Shown here: positions 21,512 to 30,681 of the stretch, one piece after another
How the letters are laid out: every line of letters starts with the position of its first letter
How positions within the stretch are numbered: the stretch's first letter is position 1
DNA from: Wolbachia endosymbiont of Onchocerca ochengi
GTDB taxonomy: Bacteria > Pseudomonadota > Alphaproteobacteria > Rickettsiales > Anaplasmataceae
Assembly (NCBI RefSeq): GCF_000306885.1
Contig: NC_018267.1
Location: 840,001 to 872,000 of the forward strand
Length of the DNA: 32,000 nt
Direction: 5' to 3'
Program-made: the position numbers and the translations under genes
The notes under the pieces: generated by a model
What the model was told of the DNA's origin: nothing
Seen by the model: only the letters and a program-made list of their open reading frames with translations
Database searches by the model: none

Positions 21512-21537
21512 GTGTCATATCAGCACTTCTATGACGC
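21512..21537. repeat. Hairpin-forming intergenic segment, possibly a degenerate copy of a dispersed Wolbachia palindromic repeat
   Basis: GTGTCATAtcagcacttcTATGACGC: stem 21512-21519 with 21530-21537 including one G-T wobble, loop 10 nt; followed by CTATTCCAGTTGTTC. Resemblance to dispersed Wolbachia repeats is from memory, not a search. Confidence 0.35.
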
Positions 21538-22271
21538 TATTCCAGTTGTTCTTATGAAACCACTTAAGTAGCTGAAGCTGAGAGGGGTATAGCATAAAAA
21601 GCTACTATATTTATATACTTCTAAGTAAACACAATAGAGTTCTATACATAGGTATCACGTTGAATTTAGTTAAACGAAGTTTTGGAACATAAGAACAAGG
21701 TCATTTCTAGCTTGATATTGAAGTATGGTGTGTAAAATTAGTTTGCTTTAAAAAATTTCAAAAACATGAACTCAGCTTTTAATAAAGAAAAACTACTAAA
21801 AAGAAAAGGTTTATGATTATGATAAAGGTGGCTTAATAGGGTCAGTTTCTGTATTTTTCAAAAATAATAAAGTTAAAGTGTTGCTAGCACAATATAGTAT
21901 TATTGAGAAATGCTACCTGCGTAATCAAGTAATAGAAGACTGTAGTGTCTGTCGCTGTTTTACGGTGGTTTTCACTACCTTAAGTATAAGATATATTATC
22001 ATGCATTTTCTTTAACGCTTTATACTAGGCAGTGTTTATGCAGTTCTTAATGTTTTTTCATTGCTGGCACTATAAAGGTTACATTTTCACACAAAAAAAG
22101 AGCCTTTTCTGAATTTACTGAAGTTATTACTAAAAAAATTGTTAAGTTAAATGCTGAAGGTAATCCTTAAGAAATTTATGATATACTGATTTAACTCATA
22201 GGTGTCAAAAAAAGTTCTTTTTTAAAAAACCTAAGTTATACTTATAAACACTTGATATCTTTTATATAATT

Positions 22272-24932
22272 ATGCCAAATTTTAAAAACAATTCTTACCT
22301 TTACAGTGATAATATGAAATTTGTGGAGGAAATGTATAGCCGTTACTTGCAAGGTGATAAATCAATCGGGGAAGATTGGTACAGAACCTTCTTAGTTAAC
22401 TTAGAAGTTGATAAGTGCTGTAGTATACAACATCTGATTAAAGCAGATGACTCAGTTTCCAATTCAGTAAATTTTTTCAGATCTTACGGTCATTTTTTTT
22501 CAGACCTCAATCCTTTATCACCAAACGTGAATGAGGAAATAGATTACCAGAAATATTCAAATTTCTCTCCAACACGTGATACTAGAGTTTATAGAGATAT
22601 TTACTGTAAAAATATTGGTTTTGAATTTATGCATATTTCCTCTTACAAGGAGAGAATGTGGCTGCAGGAAAAAATTGAAAATCAGGTTTATACACTAAGC
22701 TCGCAAGATAAAAAGGAGATACTGAGGCACTTGATTGAATCTGAGATGTTCGAGCAGTTTCTTCATACAAAATTCCCTGGACATAAGCGTTTCTCTATTG
22801 AAGGTGGAGAATCAGTTATTGTCGCAATAGAAAAGATCATTGGTAATTCCATAGCTTTTGGGATTGAAGAAATAGTTTTTGGTATGGCTCACCGCGGACG
22901 AATCAACGTTTTAACCAAAGTTATTGGGAAAGAATATGCAGCAATGCTATCTGAATTTCAAGGCAATCTTGCATATCCAAGTGGCCTTAAGATGTCTGGT
23001 GATGTCAAATATCATCTCGGTTACTCATCTGATCGCATACTTGCTAATGGCAAGAAAATACACTTGAGTCTATGCCCTAACCCATCTCACCTCGAAGCAG
23101 TAAATCCAGTTCTGGTTGGAAGAGTGAGAGCTAAACAAAAAACGAAGTCTGTGCTCGGGGTATCAATTCATGGTGATGCAGCTTTCGCAGGTCAAGGAGT
23201 GGTTGTTGAGACCTTGGCCTTGAGTAATATTAAAGGTTATAAAGTGGATGGAATCGTGCATATTGTCATTAATAACCAAGTTGGGTTTACTGCCAATCCA
23301 TCCTGCGCACGGTCATCTTTTTATTGTACTGACATGGCAAAATCAATAGAAGTACCAGTATTCCACGTAAGTGGAGATAATCCAGAAGCTGTAAGTTTTG
23401 TCACAAATCTAGCGATGGAATATAGGCAAAAGTTTAAAAAAGATGTGGTGATCGACATAATATGTTACCGTAAACATGGTCACAATGAAGGTGATGAACC
23501 AAATCTCACTCAGCCTCTCATGTACAAGGTAATATCAAAGCATAAAACTCCAGGAACGCTGTATGAAGAGAAGTTAACTGCAGAAAGAGTGCTAAATAGT
23601 GATGAAGTAAACAAACTACGTAGCGAATTTAGGGCAAAATTAGATAAAAGCCTCACTGAATCAGCGATTTATACTCCAAAGAAAGCTGATTGGTTCGGTG
23701 GATTGTGGTCAAAACTTAGAAAAGCAAGGCTAAATGATTTAAACGAATACTATACAGATTCTGGTGTACCATCAGATAAGCTAAAAAAACTAGGTGTACA
23801 TATAAATAGCAATATACCAAATAGTTTTAACATTAATAATAAAGTTAAAAAAATACTCGATAGCAGAATAGACAGCATAAGTTCTGGTAGTAATATAGAT
23901 TGGGCAACAGCTGAAAGCCTTGCATTTGCATCACTACTTACAGAAGGAATAGAAGTGCGTTTGTCAGGACAAGATTCTGGTCGTGGAACTTTTTCACATC
24001 GTCATTCAAAACTCGTTGATCAGGTAACAGAAGAGGTGTTTACTCCATTGAATGATATAAACAAAGAACAGGCTCACTTTGAGGTTATAGATAGCACTTT
24101 ATCAGAGTATGCTGTAATGGGCTTTGAATATGGATATAGTCTTGACTCCCCGTATTCATTGGTGCTCTGGGAAGGACAGTTCGGTGATTTCGCAAATGGT
24201 GCGCAAATTATAATCGACCAGTTTATTGCGTCAGCAGAAACAAAGTGGTTGCGATCCAGCGGTCTAGTTCTACTTTTGCCTCATGGTTATGAAGGGCAAG
24301 GACCTGAACACAGCTCTGCGCGTATAGAGAGGTTTTTGCAGCTCTGTGCAGAAGATAATATGCAAGTAGTTAATTGCTCTACTCCGGCAAATTACTTTCA
24401 TGTTTTGCGCAGACAGATCCATCGAGACTTCCGTAAGCCTTTAGTAGTGTTTACACCTAAATCGTTATTACGTCACAAAAGAGCAGTTTCTCACCTATCT
24501 GACTTTGAAGGAAGATTTCTCACGGTAACTCCGGAATATAGAGTAAGCTTAGTTTCAGATGACAAAATACGCAAAGCCATAATATGCAGTGGTAAAGTTT
24601 ATTACGATATAATTGAAGCATGTGAGATACAAAAAATAAATGATATAGTAATAATACGATTAGAGCAATTTTATCCATTTCCTGCTAATAAACTAAGCAA
24701 CGAGCTTGGAAAATATAAAAACGCTGAAGTTGTATGGTGTCAGGAAGAACCAAAAAACATGGGAGGGTGGTTTTTTGTTAATCCGTTGATAGAAGAAGTA
24801 TTGCTCAATCTCGATGTTCAAGCAAAAAGACCTAAGTGTATAGCAAGACCTGCTGCTGCATCTCCTGCATGCGGTTATGTTAATGTTCATATTCAGCAAC
24901 AAGAGGAAATTTTAAAGCAAGTTATCAAGTAG
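22272..24932 (+). CDS. sucA: 2-oxoglutarate dehydrogenase E1 component
   Basis: 886 aa; FSIEGGESVIVAIE, FGMAHRGRINVLTKV, GDVKYHLGYSSD, CPNPSHLEAVNPVLVGRVRAKQ, GHNEGDEPNLTQPLMY, SGQDSGRGTFSHRHS, LVLWEGQFGDFANGAQIIIDQFI, LLLPHGYEGQGPEHSSARIERFLQLCAEDN. Confidence 0.98.
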   Translation: MPNFKNNSYLYSDNMKFVEEMYSRYLQGDKSIGEDWYRTFLVNLEVDKCCSIQHLIKADDSVSNSVNFFRSYGHFFSDLNPLSPNVNEEIDYQKYSNFSPTRDTRVYRDIYCKNIGFEFMHISSYKERMWLQEKIENQVYTLSSQDKKEILRHLIESEMFEQFLHTKFPGHKRFSIEGGESVIVAIEKIIGNSIAFGIEEIVFGMAHRGRINVLTKVIGKEYAAMLSEFQGNLAYPSGLKMSGDVKYHLGYSSDRILANGKKIHLSLCPNPSHLEAVNPVLVGRVRAKQKTKSVLGVSIHGDAAFAGQGVVVETLALSNIKGYKVDGIVHIVINNQVGFTANPSCARSSFYCTDMAKSIEVPVFHVSGDNPEAVSFVTNLAMEYRQKFKKDVVIDIICYRKHGHNEGDEPNLTQPLMYKVISKHKTPGTLYEEKLTAERVLNSDEVNKLRSEFRAKLDKSLTESAIYTPKKADWFGGLWSKLRKARLNDLNEYYTDSGVPSDKLKKLGVHINSNIPNSFNINNKVKKILDSRIDSISSGSNIDWATAESLAFASLLTEGIEVRLSGQDSGRGTFSHRHSKLVDQVTEEVFTPLNDINKEQAHFEVIDSTLSEYAVMGFEYGYSLDSPYSLVLWEGQFGDFANGAQIIIDQFIASAETKWLRSSGLVLLLPHGYEGQGPEHSSARIERFLQLCAEDNMQVVNCSTPANYFHVLRRQIHRDFRKPLVVFTPKSLLRHKRAVSHLSDFEGRFLTVTPEYRVSLVSDDKIRKAIICSGKVYYDIIEACEIQKINDIVIIRLEQFYPFPANKLSNELGKYKNAEVVWCQEEPKNMGGWFFVNPLIEEVLLNLDVQAKRPKCIARPAAASPACGYVNVHIQQQEEILKQVIK

Positions 24933-25645
24933 TATTTGCTGCTTTCAAAGTACTAATGAGAAAGCTATCTAGATTTCAATTTCATAAAAGGAACATTACT
25001 TCGCTATTACTATAATAATTATCAATAGAAAACATCTAAATAGTCGTCTGTATCACAAAGCATATAGGTATCCAAAAATTCACAGCTTGCAGTGATTATT
25101 GTTCCCTTTTACTGGTAAGTTTACTTACCTCACGAGTAACTTACTAAATATTCGCTTTTTTTTCACCATTTAAGCGGATCTTTACTGCATCATGTATATA
25201 TTTTCTTAATTATGCACATATGTGCTTATTTATCTTTTTCATTAGCATAAGGTTTTAAATCAGTTAACAAGAAGCTTTTTACTTTCTCCTATTCTAATTT
25301 TTATGAACGAAACCAATTGATATTGCGCTGTTCACAACCATTATAAGTTGTGCACGTCAGTAAGTAGAAAATTCTAGCTCTCTAGTAAAACTATAAGATA
25401 TATTTTCTGGAAATCTAATTCTATAAATGAAACATATCTGTCTCATAAAGATAAAGTTGAAGTAATGCGACTAAAGGAGAGGTGTATAAGCACTACAACT
25501 TTGGAACATCCTACATCTACGTAATAAGTAACTAAATTACAGCTACCTAGATTGATACTAAAACTGCTGTTGCTTACTATCGTTTACACACTTAAGCTTA
25601 CTTGTACTCTCAAACAAAAAAATAAAGTTTTGTAGCAAATTATAA

Positions 25646-26446
25646 CTAGTTTTGCTTATGGCTTAATTCATCCACTTTCTTGCGTAATACATTCAAATTA
25701 GTTACCCCTACAAACAGACTATCCCCAATTATTAAAAGAGGTGTACCACCTACTCCTAATTCCTTTACTAAAAGTTTACTATTGTTTATCGCTTGCTCAA
25801 TTTTGTCTGCATTACTTTTCATAGAATTATTAAAATCACTTTCATTAACCCCTATATTTTTCACTATATTTAATACAGTTTCATTTGAAAATTCTCCCCT
25901 ATAACTTAAGGCAGCATAATAAAAATCGAAATATTTTTCTTTATCAATGAAATAGACAGCTAAAGCACCTCTTGCTGCCTTTAAAGAGTTATTACCAAGT
26001 ATTGGAGTATCCCTGAAAATATACTTAATTTTACCGTCATTAATCAACTGTTTGATATCGTCCTTCATGGCTTTACAATAGCTACAAGAATAGTCAAAGA
26101 ACCACACAGCTATAATTTTACTATTTTTGTTTCCTGAGTAAGGATAAGCCGAGTCAAATATTTTGTTTTTATATTGTAAGATTTTATCTTTAGTTGCATC
26201 ATCCAGGGTAGCATAACTACTTCTAATTGACTCCTTTCGGAAAGTTTTTATAATCTTATCAAAGTTTCTACTCACATAGTTATTATCTATTCCCTTACCG
26301 ATACAATCATTGTTTAAGGTTTGGTTGCGATATGAAAGCCAATTGCTTATTACTGGCAAACTTACTACTGTAAACATAAAAATCAATAAAAATTGTATTC
26401 TAGACATATACTTACTAAATAATCTACAACATGAAGTTTTTAGCAC
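25646..26446 (-). CDS. DsbA-family thiol:disulfide oxidoreductase, membrane-anchored or exported
   Basis: 266 aa; N-terminal hydrophobic segment, thioredoxin-fold active site FDYSCSYCKAMKDD (CxxC) and cis-Pro region GVGGTPLLIIGDSLFVG. Confidence 0.9.
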   Translation of the reverse strand: MLKTSCCRLFSKYMSRIQFLLIFMFTVVSLPVISNWLSYRNQTLNNDCIGKGIDNNYVSRNFDKIIKTFRKESIRSSYATLDDATKDKILQYKNKIFDSAYPYSGNKNSKIIAVWFFDYSCSYCKAMKDDIKQLINDGKIKYIFRDTPILGNNSLKAARGALAVYFIDKEKYFDFYYAALSYRGEFSNETVLNIVKNIGVNESDFNNSMKSNADKIEQAINNSKLLVKELGVGGTPLLIIGDSLFVGVTNLNVLRKKVDELSHKQN

Positions 26447-28189
26447 ATATTTACTTATATATCAAAAGAAGAATCTATGTTAAGATATAAAAACATTCGT
26501 ATTAAGTGTATTTTATAGTCAGTTTTACTGTAAGTACAAGCTTTACGCACAATGAAATTTAGATATATTATCACGAATTTATCAAAAGATTTGGTGATGC
26601 AGGTAGTTAAAGCTCTCTAGAGTGACCAATTATGAAATGCTCTACCTTTCACTGCTATATATAGTAATTATAGACGTCGCAATAAAAAGTTGACTATTTT
26701 ATAATCGCGGAACACAATTTTAACATATGCTGCAGTAAATTATATGAGTGGGCTAATAATTGCTAGAGAAAAAGAAACGGCTACTTTAGAAAATAAGTTT
26801 TTCCCAATTTGCTAAGTTCGTTGCAGAATATAATTGACGTCGTGTGGAAAAACGTAAACCACTTTTAGCAAAATTAATGTAATCCTACTTGAGTAAACAG
26901 ATCTTAATAAATACAATTTAAAGGCATAGTTTGAGGTCCTATAAAATTATTGTCTAGGGTTTTTCATGATGGCATAAGAATTGCTGTACCTAAAAAACTG
27001 GGTGGATGTGTTATGTCATTTACCTCTTTTGATTGATAAATATGGAAATGGATAAGCTGTGATATTTTTTTAATGAGTTGCTATAGTTTGCTACGTAAAA
27101 ATCTGATTATTAATAGTACTGAGCATTTTTGAATGTGTATTAGATATATCAAAAAACCATATATTAATTATTTGTGACTCAGCAGTTTCTTAGATATTTA
27201 AAAATTAATATATAATAAAAGAAACTACATAATCGTATTACTGCAAAAATAAGTTTGAAGTCTTTTGACTCACGTGAAACTAAAAAGTATTTTAGATGTT
27301 TAAAAGTCAATTTCAACCACCAACAGGTACTACAGATTTATGTAATAACGGAAAAAATACTACATTACCTAAAAACAATAAGTAAATGATTGTTAGTGAT
27401 TCAAAATATTAATGAGGTCCATTTGAAAAATGGATGGTTTGCTATTCAATGAATTTAATATGCTGTTTACCCTTTATATGAAGATGTAAAGAACCAGAAA
27501 CGTATATAAAATTTATATGACTATAAAGAGGTTAAAAGGAATTAGCAAAAAGAGATAATAAAAGCAACTAAAATCACTGAAGGTGGTGCTACTTGAGTAC
27601 TAAATCAAGGAGTTTAGAAAAAACAGGATTTATTAGATGTTTTTTACACTGAATAAAGCAATAAGAAAAACATATTATAGTATATGGATGAATATGTGTT
27701 ATTTTTTTCAGCATGAATTAAACCATTCAGAGAAGAGATGAAAAAGGTAGTAACAATGGGCATTCACTATCAGAAATTAACAATAAAAAACAGCCTGCAA
27801 ATGCAGAAAAACAAGTATTTTAAACAGTATATTTTAAATATGTCAATATAATTATAAAAAAATTAATATAAAAGCATATAGGATTTATATGTAGAAAATC
27901 GGCAATATCAGTATCGATATAAAATACAGTTAAAGAATCTGGTGTTTAAATAGGTCTAGCTTTTGATCGAAAAGATATGCATAATACTTTATGAAATAAG
28001 CATAGCAATAAGCCTTATAGTACAAAGGAGTTTATTAAATATTGAAGAGAAAAAGAAGTAGTTTGTGTGGAGAAAATGAAATCAAAGAAGTAAATATTCT
28101 GGATATTAATTACTGCAAGCAGGATTTACAAAAATCAATTAAAAAATGCAATATATTACGTAATTACACTAGAAGATTTGCTTTAAGTT

Positions 28190-29683
28190 ATGTATAACAA
28201 CCTACGCGACTTTATTAAAGCCTTAGAAGAAAAAAAGGACTTGATTAGAATCAAGGAAGAGGTTTCGACAGTTCTTGAAATGACAGAAATTCACCGTAGA
28301 ATTCTGTTAAATAATGGACCAGCTATCATTTTTGAAAATGTTGTTACAGAAAACGGCAAAAATCCAATTCCTGTTCTAGTGAATTTATTTGGCACTATCA
28401 ATAGAATAGCTTTAGGTTTGAACATAAATCCTGGTAAACTAAGAGATCTGGGTAAATTTTTAGCATTTTTGCAATCTCCTGAGCCACCAAAAAACTTCAG
28501 AGATACTATAAAAATGTTTCCTTTATTAAAAGCCGTATTATCGATGCGAAGTAAAGTAGTGAGCAAAGCCCCATGTCAAGAGGTAGTGCTGACTGGAGAA
28601 GAGGTGAACCTTGCATTACTACCCATTCAGACATGTTGGCCAAATGAACCTGCACCGCTTATCACTTGGCCGATTGTGGTAACAAAAGGACCAACGGAAA
28701 ACAGACAAGATAATTTCAATCTTGGTATATATCGCATGCAGGTCATAGATAAAAAAACGACTTTGATGCGTTGGCTTACACACCGTGGTGGGGCAAGTCA
28801 TCACAAACGATGGAAAGAAGAAAGGCGAAACACAAAATTTCCTGCTGCTGCTGCGATTGGTGGTGATCCTGCAACACTTATTGCTGCAGTAATTTCATTG
28901 CCAGAAACATTGTCAGAATACCAATTTGCTGGACTGCTGCGAAAAAAGCCCATCGAACTTGTAAAGTGTAAGACTATACCACTTCAAGTGCCAGCTCATG
29001 CAGAGATTGTTTTAGAAGGCTACGTGAGTTTGGATAAATATCAAGATGAAGGGCCGTACGGAGACCACACCGGCTATTACAATTCTGTTGAGCAATTTCC
29101 TGAGTTTAACATTACTGCAATTACTATGCGTAAAAATCCAATTTATTTCAGCACTTTCACTGGCAAGCCACCAGATGAACCATCAATCCTTGGCGAGGCA
29201 CTTAATGAAATTTTTGTGCCAACTCTTATTAATCAATTTCCAGAGATAGTAGACTTTTATCTGCCACCAGAAGGGTGTTCTTATAGAATAGCAGTAGTGT
29301 CAATCAAAAAATCTTATCCAGGACATGCAAAAAGAATTGTTATGGGAATATTTTCCTTTCTAAAACAGTTTTTATACACAAAATTTATTGTAGTTGTTGA
29401 CGATGATATAAATATCCGTAATTGGAAAGAGGTAACATGGGCAATATCAACGAGAATGGACCCTGTGCGTGATACTATCATGATAGAAAATGCACCAATT
29501 GACTATTTAGATTTTGCCTCTCCTGAAAGTGGACTTGGAAGCAAAATGGGGTTTGATGCAACAAACAAAATCCCACCTGAAACTAAACGGGAGTGGGGAA
29601 GAAAAATTGAAATGAGTGAGGAAATAGTAAGGAAAGTTACGCAAAAGTGGAAGGAATATGGATTGATAGATTATAAATTATAA
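28190..29683 (+). CDS. ubiD: UbiD family decarboxylase (3-octaprenyl-4-hydroxybenzoate carboxy-lyase)
   Basis: 497 aa; [16 protein letters not shown]-terminus, [64 protein letters not shown]. Confidence 0.93.
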   Translation: MYNNLRDFIKALEEKKDLIRIKEEVSTVLEMTEIHRRILLNNGPAIIFENVVTENGKNPIPVLVNLFGTINRIALGLNINPGKLRDLGKFLAFLQSPEPPKNFRDTIKMFPLLKAVLSMRSKVVSKAPCQEVVLTGEEVNLALLPIQTCWPNEPAPLITWPIVVTKGPTENRQDNFNLGIYRMQVIDKKTTLMRWLTHRGGASHHKRWKEERRNTKFPAAAAIGGDPATLIAAVISLPETLSEYQFAGLLRKKPIELVKCKTIPLQVPAHAEIVLEGYVSLDKYQDEGPYGDHTGYYNSVEQFPEFNITAITMRKNPIYFSTFTGKPPDEPSILGEALNEIFVPTLINQFPEIVDFYLPPEGCSYRIAVVSIKKSYPGHAKRIVMGIFSFLKQFLYTKFIVVVDDDINIRNWKEVTWAISTRMDPVRDTIMIENAPIDYLDFASPESGLGSKMGFDATNKIPPETKREWGRKIEMSEEIVRKVTQKWKEYGLIDYKL

Positions 29684-29703
29684 TGTAGTCCTATGCTTTT
29701 GGT

Positions 29704-30237
29704 GTGCTTGTGAGGCTTTTATACCTTTTATCTTTATTAATATGCTTTTCCCTGTATTATTATGCAGGCCCTATATTTTCACCCTGTCCAAGAGCTACAG
29801 TTTGCTTTTCACCTGAAGAAGATTGTACTACGCCAATAATTAATGAAATAGATCGATCTAAAGAATCTATTTTAGTTCAAGAGTACACATTTACTCTTGA
29901 AACAGTTGCGGATGCTTTGATTAAGGCTAAAAAGCGTGGTGTTGATGTCAAAGTCATCTTAGATAAATCGCAACTTTATTCAAAATATAGTGTAATAAAT
30001 GAATTATCTGCAGGTGGAATACCAGTTTGGATTGATGATAAACCTAAGATTGCTCATAATAAAATAATAATCATTGATGATCAAAGAGTCATCACAGGAT
30101 CATTCAATCTTAGTAGAACAGCTGAAAAAGGTAATGCCGAGAACCTACTAATTATTGAAGACTATCCTGAACTAATTCAACAATATGTGAAAAACTGGGA
30201 AACACGACAGTCTCAATCTTACAAATATACTTTCTAG
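29704..30237 (+). CDS. Phospholipase D-like domain protein (Nuc-type, single HKD motif)
   Basis: 177 aa; N-terminal hydrophobic segment, SILVQEYTFTLETVADALIKAKKRGVDVKVILD, HNKIIIIDDQRVITGSFNLSRTAEKGNAENLLII (HKD motif). Confidence 0.9.
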   Translation: MLVRLLYLLSLLICFSLYYYAGPIFSPCPRATVCFSPEEDCTTPIINEIDRSKESILVQEYTFTLETVADALIKAKKRGVDVKVILDKSQLYSKYSVINELSAGGIPVWIDDKPKIAHNKIIIIDDQRVITGSFNLSRTAEKGNAENLLIIEDYPELIQQYVKNWETRQSQSYKYTF

Positions 30238-30334
30238 GTACTGCCAAAAAGTAGATATTTTAGTTAATTAATGTAATAATAATGTCAAAGATTTACTATG
30301 CATCTTTTTCATGAATTCTACTACTTCCCAAAGT

Positions 30335-30643
30335 TCAAACCTGTTTTATTATATTCATTATGTCCTTGTTTAACAATTGATACATCGTTTTTACACTATA
30401 ATTATCAATTTCTATATTCTCCAATATTGTAGCTTTTACTAATAATAAACCTTTTACAGCTTTTTCCTCCTTTTTTATCAACCCTATTATAGTTGACGAG
30501 ATTTTACCTATTTTTTCATTAAAAAAATTCCTTGAACTTTTTTGATTAATAAACTGCTCTTTTTCATTATGTAGGCTACTCACTTTTTTATTAAATTTAA
30601 GAAACTTACATTCTCTACAACATTTTCTTAACCTAACAAACAT
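30335..30643 (-). CDS. Hypothetical protein, 102 aa, Cys-rich N-terminus
   Basis: Open frame MFVRLRKCCRECKFLKFNKKVSSLHNEKEQF..., starting 38 bp downstream of the dnaA stop on the same strand; no family recognised. Confidence 0.5.
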   Translation of the reverse strand: MFVRLRKCCRECKFLKFNKKVSSLHNEKEQFINQKSSRNFFNEKIGKISSTIIGLIKKEEKAVKGLLLVKATILENIEIDNYSVKTMYQLLNKDIMNIIKQV

Positions 30644-30681
30644 GGTACTAAGACCTATATATAATCTAACTTTAAAAAAGT

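Noticed and set aside
21942-21978. GTAGTG...CACTAC inverted repeat
   Set aside because: Only 6 bp of stem around a 25-nt interior that does not pair convincingly.
22207-22223. AAAAAAAG-TT-CTTTTTT upstream of sucA as a terminator-like hairpin
   Set aside because: Stem is nearly all A-T with a 2-nt loop, so poorly stable; homopolymer runs are common here.
25114-25225. Inverted repeat GGTAAGT-tt-ACTTACC (25114-25129) and perfect palindrome GCACATATGTGC (25214-25225)
   Set aside because: Short palindromes of 6-7 bp arms are expected by chance in several kb of AT-rich intergenic DNA; no second copy or promoter context to support an operator.
25376-26619. Shared 10-mer AGCTCTCTAG at 25376 and 26610 as evidence for a dispersed repeat
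   Set aside because: Roughly ten shared 10-mers are expected by chance across 4.7 kb of gap sequence; flanks do not align.
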